Source of the DNA: Chara braunii
Lineage: Eukaryota; Plantae; Charophyceae
Direction of reading: 5' to 3'
DNA length: 64,000 bases
Assembly (NCBI GenBank): GCA_003427395.1
Contig: BFEA01000010.1
Coordinates: 2,894,235-2,958,234 of the forward strand
The notes under the pieces were generated by a model. That model saw only the letters and a list, made by a program, of their open reading frames with translations, was not told the origin of the DNA and ran no database searches. Within the stretch, counting starts at the first letter, position 1. The number at the start of each line of letters is the position of its first letter. Below, piece after piece: positions 48,340-60,044 of this stretch. The translations under genes and the position numbers were made by a program.

Positions 48340-51300
48340 AGGCTCAACAAGCCATTGATGTGTTGACCCCTCTTGATACCAGCAAATTAAAGACGGCGCG
48401 AGAACTCACAAGTGTCGTGGAGAAACTGGTAGAAGTATCGTGAGTTCGTTATGATCCCCAAGTCCTAACCATATTCTTCATATATTCCCCCACAGACATC
48501 AAGAATTTGTTGGTTAGTGAGGTCGGCCTTGAGTATCACACCCTCGAGTCTTTCAGCAACAATGCCTTAGACTTAGAGGCAAGGTTCGGAGGTGCTCAAC
48601 AAGTAGCTAGGGATGGAAGAAAGAAGACGACTCCACAAGAGTGGAAGAAGAAGGGAAGCCGATTAATGATGGTTGATTCCGATGGGAATCAAACTGAGAT
48701 CGACGACCTTGCTGAACTTGTGGAGGAGACATAGATAGGCAGCGAGGAGAGTGCAGAAGGTAGCAACCTCGCCGCCATAACAAAAGGAAAGGCGGTTGGC
48801 CGCGGGAAGGGCGGTCAACGAAAGAGTCAAGGCCAGGATCAAAACTCAAACAAGACTCCGACTTGGGTGAGGGCGGCCTGGATGAAGATGTGTGGACGTA
48901 CTGATATTCACGAGGGGCTTGCATTAACTGCGGTGAGTATGGCCATCAACAATTTAAGTGTAAGAATGCGAAGGTTGCTCAAAAGATTATGCCCAAAGGT
49001 GATTTTGGGGGATCTTTCGCTCGAAAAGGTGCTACTACGAGCGCCAACTCGGGATGAGACGGTTGAAGCTGTTAACTTTTTAGTCACCCCGCAGAAACAT
49101 CTAGACCAAACGACAATCTATTTGTTGGACGTGTCTGAAGCCTTAGAAAACTTAGAAATTGAGTGGTCAGCAAGGGCCCCTCTGGGGTCTTGGGTGGCAT
49201 TGTCCAAAGATCCAAAAAGGGAACATTTCCTTGTAGACGTCGGTGTACGTGGCTGCAAGTGTGGTGCCTTCGTAGACATTGGCTCTACACGAAACTTCAT
49301 TAGTCGCGACTGCGTTGATAGACTGCGCCTAGGGGATTGGGCGGAGCGCTCGAGTAGATTTGTAGCATCTACTCTAGCCAACAAAGAGCGCATATTGGTT
49401 ACGAACTATGTTAAAAACATGGTCTGCACCTTCTCTTATGGAGGTGGGGAACTTAATCATCAAATTTCGTTCCTGAGTAGACATGTCGTTGGATATGTAC
49501 TACCTTGAGGTTGCCAAGCCCTAGTTCGACTAGGACCGAAAAGTACATAAGCATGTGTGACCTGATGGGAGAACTGTTAGACTAGCTAAGTATAGAGCTA
49601 GCAAGTTAGTTGACTCCTATGGGTGTATGTGTGCGATTGCATTTTATAATTATTATAAACAGAACCAAGCGGAGGGTATGTACTTAGTTTTTGTCTCTAA
49701 GAAAGGGGAGGCCGCTAAAATACCCCCCAAGATAAAGACCATCGTCGCTAAATACCCAGATCTGTTTGAGGAGCCTTCAGGAGTCGTAAACAGGGAGATT
49801 GTCCACGCCATCCCAGTGAGTAAAACCTCAAAGGGGAGGATCTATAGGATGGCTCCTGCCGAGTTGGACGAAGTTCGTCAGCAACTGAAAGATCTCACAG
49901 AGAAGGGTTGGATACGACCTAGTACCTTCCCTTCGGCTCACAAGTTCTACTTGTCCTGAAAAAGGGGGGGACGATGAGGATTTGGATTGATTATAAAGGC
50001 CTCAATGACATCACTGTTAAAAACGCAGAGCCTCTACCATGCATCGACGACCTATTGGATAGGGTGCAGAGATTTAAGTACTTCACAAAGATAGATTTGA
50101 AGTCCGGCTACCATCAAATTGCCATTAGACCAGAAGATCGGCACAAAAACCCATTTCAGACCAAGTATGGTCTCTATGAGTTTGTGGGGATGCCTTTCGG
50201 CCTTCACAATGCGTCGGGTACATTCCATCATGCCACGAATAGAATGTTTCATGACTACTTGGATAAGTTCGTGTACCTTGATGATATACTTCCTTAGTAG
50301 GACTGTAGAGGAGCATGCCCAACATGTAGAAACCGCACTGTCACTCGTGTGACAACACAAGTATAAGATAAACTTAGAAAAATGTGAGTTCAGTCGGACT
50401 AGAATCTTGTACTTGGGTCATTAGATATTTGCGGAAGGGATTAGGCCCGAAGATGCAAAGGTGGCTAGCATTCGTGACTGGCCACGACCCCAATCTCTGA
50501 TTGAGGTCAGATCATTCTTAGGGATGTGTGGCTACTACCGCAATTTCGTGAAGAATTATAGTACGGTGGCCTCCCCTTTGACTGATCTAACGCGCCTTGA
50601 CACACCATGGGAATGGACAGATGCATGTGAGGCTGCTTTCAAAAGGTTGAAGTATGCCCTCACACAGCATGAGATTCTCATGGTCCTCGATCCGAAGAGG
50701 CCATTCGTTATAACCATTGACGCACGCCAACATGGCATTGGCACAGTGCTGGCCCAACAGGAAGGGAAGAAATTGAGGCTGATCAAATACATGAGCAAGA
50801 AAATAACATAAAAGAAACTGACAAAGTCCACCTATGAAAAGGAACTTCAATTGCCCTCTACAAAGCAATTGTCCACTAGAGGCACTATCTGCTTGGTAGA
50901 CTCTTTTATTTCAGAACAGACCATCAGACACTCAAGTGGATCAAGACACAACCTGTTCTCTCCAATGCACTCAAATGTTTGATTGAAGTCATAGACCAAT
51001 ATGACTTCAAGCTAGATAACTTGAATGGAGAGTACAACAAGGTTGCCGATGCGCTGTCCCGTAGGCCAGCTTACCCAGGTGCGTTGATTACTGAGTTTGG
51101 CTTATCCTACAAGGAAGACCCCGTTATGATGACCATCATACGCAAACTTGAGGCTCAAGACAAGGCCACATTGACAAGTTTTTATTGGAAAGGCAGGCTT
51201 TAAAAGGTTGTGTGTTCCTTCTAGAGAGATTCTTCGTACTTTGTTCTTAGGAGAGTGTCACTACGCAACCGGTCACTTCGGCTATAAGAAGACTAGTGCT

Positions 51301-52345
51301 GATTTCGTGTTGCGTTTCTGGTGGCCTAACATGCTTGACGATGTAAAAAAGTACGTACAGACTTGTCTGGTCAGTCAGCGGGACAAGTTATTAAAGTCGT
51401 TGCCCATTCCTGCTGGTCCGAGAAACAATCTCTCCATGGACTTCATGGATACTGTCGTGACCAGCAAGAGTGGCAAAAGGCACATATTCGTCATAATAGA
51501 TAGGTTTAGTAAGTACGCTTAGACTAATCCCTATGCAGGAAACAGCAAAAACAGAGCACGTCATCACGTTTTTTATGGATAACTGGGTGCGTGACTTTGG
51601 ACTGCNNNNNNNNNNNNNNNNNNNNNNNNNNNNNNNNNNNNNNNNNNNNNNNNNNNNNNNNNNNNNNNNNNNNNNNNNNNNNNNNNNNNNNNNNNNNNNN
51701 NNNNNNNNNNNNNNNNNNNNNNNNNNNNNNNNNNNNNNNNNNNNNNNNNNNNNNNNNNNNNNNNNNNNNNNNNNNNNNNNNNNNNNNNNNNNNNNNNNNN
51801 NNNNNNNNNNNNNNNNNNNNNNNNNNNNNNNNNNNNNNNNNNNNNNNNNNNNNNNNNNNNNNNNNNNNNNNNNNNNNNNNNNNNNNNNNNNNNNNNNNNN
51901 NNNNNNNNNNNNNNNNNNNNNNNNNNNNNNNNNNNNNNNNNNNNNNNNNNNNNNNNNNNNNNNNNNNNNNNNNNNNNNNNNNNNNNNNNNNNNNNNNNNN
52001 NNNNNNNNNNNNNNNNNNNNNNNNNNNNNNNNNNNNNNNNNNNNNNNNNNNNNNNNNNNNNNNNNNNNNNNNNNNNNNNNNNNNNNNNNNNNNNNNNNNN
52101 NNNNNNNNNNNNNNNNNNNNNNNNNNNNNNNNNNNNNNNNNNNNNNNNNNNNNNNNNNNNNNNNNNNNNNNNNNNNNNNNNNNNNNNNNNNNNNNNNNNN
52201 NNNNNNNNNNNNNNNNNNNNNNNNNNNNNNNNNNNNNNNNNNNNNNNNNNNNNNNNNNNNNNNNNNNNNNNNNNNNNNNNNNNNNNNNNNNNNNNCAAGC
52301 CCAACCAAGATGACTGGGATGAGAAACTTCCCCTCATCGCCAAAG
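48340..52345 (+). mobile_element. element D: decayed gypsy gag-pro-RT-RH-INT fragment spanning a gap; related to element C
   Basis: AFVDIGSTRNFISR, KNAEPLPCIDDLLD, YLDDIL, YNKVADALSRR, SMDFMD; KPNQDDWDEKLPLIA after the gap. Confidence 0.9.
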
Positions 52346-52490
52346 TGGATCAAGACATACGTAGTATTTGCTGCAAAATCTTATTCATTTGCTCAGTTTG
52401 CCCATTTGTCTCAGGGTGTCGGCCTGATGACATTGTCAACTTAGAGCCATAGACACTCATTAGTTGCTCCCATTGTTCACTGGTGAACCG

Positions 52491-52637
52491 AGAGTCTCTG
52501 TCACTAACGATAGTCAAGGGATGTCCGTAGTAGTAGGAATAGGGAAATTCCAACCTCCTAAATAGAGCACTACAGCAAATAAAGATGAGACTAATAAGAG
52601 TCTCTGTCACTAACGATAGTCAAGGGATGTCCGTAGT
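52491..52637 (-). mobile_element. 65-nt insert between two identical 41-bp direct repeats
   Basis: 52491-52531 = 52597-52637; the insert ends in CTA repeats on the minus strand. Confidence 0.7.
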
Positions 52638-55600
52638 CTTTCACCCAATGGTTAAAAAATTCCCGAATTACTAAGTCACTTTTAGCTTCCGCAGGTAATG
52701 CTACACAAACAGCAAACTTGTTGAACCTATCAACAATTACCATCACTTGGCTTTTCCCATTCCTGCTATTCACCTTAGTGTCCATTGAATTTATGGACAC
52801 AGAGTCTCCAGGACCTGTTGGGATAGGCAAGGGCTTCAATAGACCAAGGGGAGGCTGTGTGGTGCTTTTGTTCCATTGGCACACTTGACAGCCGTGCACA
52901 TATGCAATACATCCAGGTTTCATTCGAGGCCAGGTGTAAGAACGCAAGAAATTAACGTAGGTTTTCCTCCACCCGAAATGGCCTTCGGTGTCATGGCATT
53001 CCCCTAAGATCACACTTTTAATCTCTTCATTATTTGGAATACAAAGCCTATCTTGCACATCAGTTCTTTCAAATAGTAGTCCTTGGGTTACCCGATAAGT
53101 TAGGAAACTCTTCTGGCGCTTCTTGAACACGTTTCAACATAGCGCCATAAACAGGATCAGTGGAATAAGCATTCCTAATCTTATCTTGTAAATCGATGCC
53201 TATGTCTAAATAGGTTACGATAGCACCGAAGAAATCAGATCTTCGACTCAGTGCGTCAACAACAATGTTATACTTACCCTTTACTGGCTTTAGCTCAAAA
53301 TCGTATTGATCGATTTCCGCAACCCACCTAATTAGTTTAGGTGTCATCTGGGTCTGCGCTTTTAGCCAGCGAAGTGTCTCATGATCTGAGTACACTTTGA
53401 AGTGGCGACCTAGGAGATAATGACGCCAATGATCCAAAGCTTCCCGGAGTGCGTATAGCTCTCTTTCATACGTGGAAGTGGCGACCTTCTCACTAGGCAG
53501 TCCTCGGGACATAAACTCGACAGGCTTGTATCCATTCCCGTCATCTTGTTGGAGTACAGCGCCTATCTCGTATTGAATAGCGTCGGTAGTAACAACGAAG
53601 GGCAAAGAAGGATCAGCAACTTTCAAAACCGGATCGTTCATCAAACATTTCTTAAGACGCTTAAATGAAGACGTACAGTTTTGGTCCCACTTCCAAATTG
53701 TTTCCTTCTTCAATAGTCAGCGAAGGGGAGCAACAATTATCGTAAAGTGTCTTACGAACTTACGGTAGTAGTTAGCCAATCCACGGAACGATCGTAGTTC
53801 CGTAAATGTACGCGGATTGGGCCAATCTCGAATAGCTGCAATTTTTGCGTCTTCCGGTTTAATTCCATCTCCATCTATAACATGCCCCAAATATAGTACC
53901 TGACGCTTTGCCCACTCACACTTCTTTGGGTTTAGTTTCAACTTTGCCTCACGCAACTTATTTAGCACAAGTCGAAGGTGCTCACAGTGTTCACTCGGAC
54001 TTTTACTAAAAATCAAGATATCATCTAGATATATAACAACGAATTTAACAAGCCATTCACGAAAAAGTTCATTCATCGTTCGCTGGAAAGTCACAGGTGC
54101 ATTAGTAAGACCAAAGGGCAACACAATGAACTCATAGTGCCCATACCTTGTACGAAAGGCAGTCTTATATTGGTCTTCTGGCTCTACCTCAATCTGATGG
54201 AAGCCAGACTTCAGGTCGATTTTCGTAAAGTACCTGCTCCCTTGAACTCGATCCAACAAATCATCGATTTTGGGTAATGACTCAGCATTCTTAATAGTTA
54301 TATCATTTAATCTCCTATAATCAATACACATGCGGACCCCGCCATCTTTCTTTGGCACAAATAGCACTGGTGCACCATAAGGCGAGGAGCTAGGCCTTAT
54401 CCATCCCTTTTCTAACATTTCATCGAGCTGGGTTCGTAGTTCATCCAATTCTTTGGGTGACCTTCTATAAATCGGGCCCTTTGGAATATGGCTTCCAGGG
54501 ATAATTTCAATGCGATGTTTGATTGGTCATTCCACCACACCGCTTGGGGCCTCTACCACATCTGCGAATTCTTTCAGAATTTTCTCAATTTTTGGGGATT
54601 TTCCCTCTTCCTTAGCTTCACGTTCCTTAACTGGGTGCACATATGCCACAAACACTTGATCATACAAATTATGTTTTTTCACATGGCGGGCGAATGCGGA
54701 GGCACTCATACAACAATGAGCCAAGCTGCTTTCCTTACCAGATTCATGGAATAGGCGGATTTTCTTTTTTCCACCCTACGGACTAGGGAGCCAACACTCA
54801 CGATCCTTAATTTTATATCCGCATCTGAAGCTTCACCCCAATACATGCCTAAAAAAATATCAAAAGGGAGACTATCTTCCACCAAGAGAGTCAGAGAGTG
54901 GAGAACGCGTTCCACCTTCCCCTTTGCTTCGAGACAAAAGTATGTCTGAATCCCTTCAACATATCTATCTAACACAATTTCGCTATTATTTGCTAATTTA
55001 CTTACTACGGGCTCATCTAGTTGTTTAACCTTTAGCCCGAGACGCAACTTTTGCGAACCCTTCTTACTTATATAGTTGCGTGTTGATCCGCTATCAACCA
55101 ATCCACCTACTCTTACTTTATTAATTTCTAGATCAACAATTATTAACTGTCCCTTACTTTTTTTCATTTCGGTACAAGCTTTGCGACGAGTGGCCAACTC
55201 ATCACCTATGCCTGCGAGGGAACCACCTAGAGAGGTACATACACTAACTACCTCTGGACAGCTAACTAGGTGGGGACAAACAGACCGTCTTTCTTTTCAG
55301 TTTCTGCCAGTGGAACCTTCGGATAGGTGGATGCCTGTTTATTTGCATCCAAAGTTCCTGTAGAGGCAACTGAGACCCCTATTGGTTGTTCCCTTTTGGT
55401 ACCTTATAATCTGGGCAATAGGAACAATGTGGTTGGGTTCACTACATTTAAGGCACTGGTCTACAACTTTCCTTTCTTGCCAGACTTTCTCTGTAATCCC
55501 TAACTTTTCCCAGGGTCTGCCTTCCGGCAATCCAAGATGGGGTGGATACGGAATATCCCAATTCCCATACCATGTGCCTCTTCCTCTACCCCAAGTGGAG

Positions 55601-58354
55601 TGGAAACCTCGGCCACCTTGCGAGGGACCATTGCCCCTTCCACCCACATAGTAGCTACCTTCGCCACCACCCCTGTGGGTGTTGGGTCCTCTTCCTCCAC
55701 GTCCGCGGCCTCCTCTACCTCGGCCACGACCTCTTCCTTGTCGCCCTCCCCCGCGAGCTACAACGATCGCGTAGCCCCCCTCCTGAACTACCGTACCGTT
55801 GGGAGCTCCCTCCAGACCATAGTCTATTTGGTCATAGGAGAGAGTCTCGACACCTCCTTCTTCAAAGGTTAGAAGAAGGTTGTCTTTCCCAGGTATATTC
55901 CTTGAGATTGTGCGGTTCTGCCACTTCTTTCCCACTTGCAAATCTTTCCAGTAGTCATCCCCTCTTCCTTGAGATTGTGCGGTTCTGCCACTTCTTTCCC
56001 GCCTGCAATAATTTGCTTCTGCCAGGAAGCCAGCATGATCTAGTGCGATCTTACTGAATTTCTCATATGTCATCCCCTCTTCTTTGATGCGGGGATATAA
56101 TTGAGTGCGGAGAGGATCGGGTAGTTCTCTTGCAAAATTATTAAGAATCTGCGGCGGGGTAAGTCCATGTTCAACGCATTGCAACAGTTCATCCATGGCA
56201 AACTTAAGTGCGAATACACTTTTCCATTTTCTATCAGCGATATTCAAGATTAACATTTCAGTTCTTCGGGCTAAATTTTTATCTTCAAATCGTTCCCGAA
56301 TCGCTTTAAAGAAATCTTCAATACGGGGTCGCTGTGAATACTCTACCATAGACTGACAATTAGCTTCCTTCTGCAGGGAAATTGCAAAAGCTCATTGCAT
56401 CTCCGACCATGCACGAACTGGCCATGAGAACCCTGTCCCAATACGGAATATGCTACCCGTACACATAGGACTCGACCGTTGCAATCCAATGCAAAACAAT
56501 TCCTTCCTTCTTGTCGGTGTATGTCCACGACACCTTTACTTTTATTTTCTTAACTTCCCCTGTGTCTTCTTGCAACACTCCCTTTTTCTTCTTATCTCCG
56601 TCTCCATCTCCTCCATCTCCTCCACCGCTACTTACCAATTTCTCAATCACGACGGGTGTTAGAGTTTTGTTGATCTGCTCGTCTAATTTTACAATATATG
56701 CTTGTACATGTTGGTTTACTTTTGTTGCAGTTTTTTGCAGGAAGGTATTCCAGACTCCCTCAAACTCATACTGGTGAGCTTCAACTTTCTGCAAGGTCTT
56801 GTTTATCGCCGCCAACTCTTGTTTTGTATGGAGAACTGTTGCTGTTAAGAGGGCAAGTTGTTCTTCGGTTGCTGTTTGTTTTTCCTTCTTCGCCTGTAAT
56901 TCTCTTTGCAACCTTTCACCCTCTGCATGCAATCTTTTCCTCTCTTCGAGCTCTTGTCGTTTTGCTGCTATCATTTTAATGTGCAGTTATGATCGTTTTT
57001 CTTCTAACAAAAGTTCCCTTTCCCTTTTATCTTTAATGGATGCAATTTTTGCAACAAACGTGTCCTTTTCTTCCTTTGTCTCTTCAATCCTGTTACTGGA
57101 ATAACTATACTGGTCATAGCAGTTTAAGGGATTGACCTGTATATTCAACCCACCAGACTGACTGCTTTCGCCTTTTTCAGTTCGACGTCTGATGAGTCTG
57201 TCATCCGCAGGCTCATGTTCTTCTTCTATACTCCTTAATTCCTCCTGCAATTTCTTTTTCATTCTCTCTTTCAATTCCTTCTTCCATTTGCACTTTCTTT
57301 TCATCTCTTCCTCTTTCTGTCTCTTTCTATCTTCTTTCTCTTTCTTTTTCTCGGCCTGCCGGCGTTCTACTTCAGCCTGTTCTGCAGCCGAGGGCCCTGA
57401 CTTCACATTGCCTGATCTCATCATCATACGGGAGGTACATATCCTCCCAAAGCCCAGGGGAAAAAAGATTCTGAAAAGGGGCCCCAACAACACTGATAGG
57501 GCCAACAACCCCTGCATGGGATATTCGTCCATGGTGGATGTCTGCACAAGAATGACCTCCGCTGGCCCACCCAGTAGATACCCCAGATCCTAATCTGCCT
57601 TCTGTGTGGATGGGATCTGTAACTTTCTTTTTTTTTAAGTCTGGATGTCGCTGCTTCAGAATAACGAAATTTAATAATGCAAAAGATATATACTATTTTC
57701 CTAATCAATATGCGAAGTAGGAACTTTTTTTTTTTTTTTTCCCCTTCCTTCTTCCTTTGTTTGCTGTCTGTTTAGTTAATTAGCTGGTCTATGCCTTCAA
57801 TGGTCTTGTCTGGTCTCTTTCGTTAGGTAGCCAGGTGATACTCAAACTTACTTCAAAAACAAATTCAGTTTACCACAATTATCTCAGCTCTCAGCTTCTT
57901 ACACTCTGACGTGGCAGTACACAGTTCCCTGACTCAACCTTCCTTCCCTACCTATCAACAGACCAAATGGACAACACGAAGACCAGATGTTGACTCTCTA
58001 ATCCTATCTGTCAATTCAGACCAGGCCACCGGTTTCGTCCAGACAGCAGCAGCGACCACCAGAATGGAGGGGGAAGAGATACACGACACACATATTTGCA
58101 ATCAATCGAGGTAAGTGGGGCAGGAGGTTCTTCTCTGCTTTGTAGCCGTTGATGAAGACTCCATGTTCGCTCCAATCGCTCCAATCGCAGGTAAGTCCTC
58201 TCCTCCTTACTTAGCCCCTTCTTCTTCGGCCAACTTCCCCCTCTATCCCAATCCAACACCTCTTCACCTCAACTCTCGCCAGCTGTACTCAAGCCAGCTT
58301 TCCTCCTCGCCGGCCTTGATCATGCTAGCGCGTCCTGTGAGAGTAACAAGTTCT

Positions 58355-58366
58355 GCTCTGATACCA
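58355..58366 (-). promoter_or_regulatory. primer binding site, tRNA-iMet
   Basis: exact TGGTATCAGAGC 4 nt from the LTR. Confidence 0.93.
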
Positions 58367-58370
58367 AATT

Positions 58371-59345
58371 TGCAAGGAACCCGACTGTTCATCACTTGCT
58401 GGAGTGCATCAGATCACATGCATAGACACTGATTTCCCAGATTGCGAAGACTCACACAAAGCCCAATAGAAGATGAATGAGAACCAGGAAGCTCAACTCA
58501 ATTATCAAACCCAGAATTAGAGAGAGAACATCGTGAGTTCAAAGTGCATAGCGCTGAACAAAGTTCAAGTCTTCTTCAATCATCATGAGTTCCAAGCCTG
58601 GCGCTCATCAACGTCAGCTGCCAAACGTCAACAACAGCGCTCAGCAGGTAAGTGTTACCATAGCTCACACTTCCCCCCTCTCTCGTCTGCCTTCTTCTCT
58701 CTCTCTCCCTCTATGTCTATAGTCCTGGTCTACCTTCACTGCACACTCCCTATCACACGAGGATCTACTCTGAATACTACTCACTGGTATCTCCTACTGA
58801 CTATCCCAACTAACATACTTAACTAGTGCCGGCACAGCTATGGCTGCCTTCCCTCTTGCCAGCACTCTCTTCCTTCCTTCAAAGCGCTGCTCTTCAGCCT
58901 AGCGCAGCTCACACACATCTAGCGCACAAGTGCCACGACACTTTCACACTCTCATGCGAAGTGAGCATCTGTCCAAATAGGAGGCTGGCCAGTCCTTTAT
59001 AGTGCTGGATTGGTCTGGCGTGGCCTGCATTCAGCCTCAAATGTGCCGGGGACTCCTGCCCAATACCGATTGTTGCAAAGTGTGTGTCCCAGTATCTTTT
59101 CCCATGGTCTGCTGCTGCTTTGGCCATCGGGCCTGTCTGTTGGACTCCTGGTCTGAATCAGGACTGACTCGTGGGATTATGACTGGACTGGGACTGTAGC
59201 CTTTGACTCATTGTCGAACAGACACGACTTTTCAACGAGGAGACATGACCCTAACTCAGTCTTGAAAACTGTCCCTGATACCTCTTTGTGCAGGCCCTGT
59301 TTGTGACTGTTTGAAACGACTTTTCATTTCATTATGGATGTGACA
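58371..59345 (-). repeat. element E 5' LTR (~975 bp)
   Basis: TGTCAC...TTGCA termini on the minus strand adjacent to the PBS; outer end inferred. Confidence 0.7.
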
Positions 59346-59388
59346 TATGCCTCAGGGAACTTTGTCTTTTGAGTCTCTGCTCATGAAT

Positions 59389-59860
59389 TTAGTTCTGGCC
59401 AACAGAGCCCTGGGGTCTAATTCGTAAAGGCCCTTTCAATGCACACAAAAATTCATTTATGTTGAAAATAGCCTGAATCATTGTCCCACCATCCCACAGT
59501 TCCCACTGGGCAGCTGCACGAATCAGTGCCATATAATGCCCGGGTCTCTGCAAAATACAGGCAGAAATATGAGGATGGTCATTAAGGTCATCGCCTGGCG
59601 TTGCAAGATGCATAAGAAGGTGGCGGGGCCGTGGAAAGCTAGCTGTAAGACATTTACAGTAAAGCCTCTTGAAGTAGTATAATTACTACCTTCAGGAGGC
59701 GGACCATTATGGTCATACAACAACTGATTTTCAACAGCGTCAAGCTGATAAGCAATCGTAACAAAATGGGAAGCAGTATAACATTGATGCTGATAAGCCT
59801 GTAGGCAGACATTTGTGGCTGTCAACCCACAAGCATTTGGTAGATCTGCCCACAGATCCA
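59389..59860 (-). pseudogene. Josephin-like (ataxin-3/MJD family) cysteine protease domain, 1 frameshift
   Basis: NACGLTATNVCLQ..IAYQLDAVE..NYTTSRGFTVNVLQLAF / ACILQRPGHYMALIRAAAQWELWDG; Cys 59829-31, His 59536-38, Asp 59491-93. Confidence 0.7.
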
Positions 59861-60044
59861 ATTCGGTCACCACTGGAAAGCTAGGTCTGATCTGGCGGGG
59901 TCGGCGCATAAATGACGAACGCCGTCGACGTGGCAGAGAAGGCTGTCGGTAAGACAAAGAACCCCGCAGATCAGCATCAACACAACGTTGAGAGGAAGGG
60001 GGACTGAGAGGAGGAGAGAATGAAGCAACCTGCCGACCTCCAAA

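Larger units (their letters stand above)
52346..59345 (-). mobile_element. element E: 3'-truncated Ty3/gypsy (5' LTR, Met PBS, gag with knuckle, pro, RT, RH, partial INT)
   Basis: LVDSGSTRNYIS; RT ORF 53717-54448 with YLDD; RH 53069-53713; INT 52350-53130; CLKCSEPNH knuckle. Confidence 0.92.
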
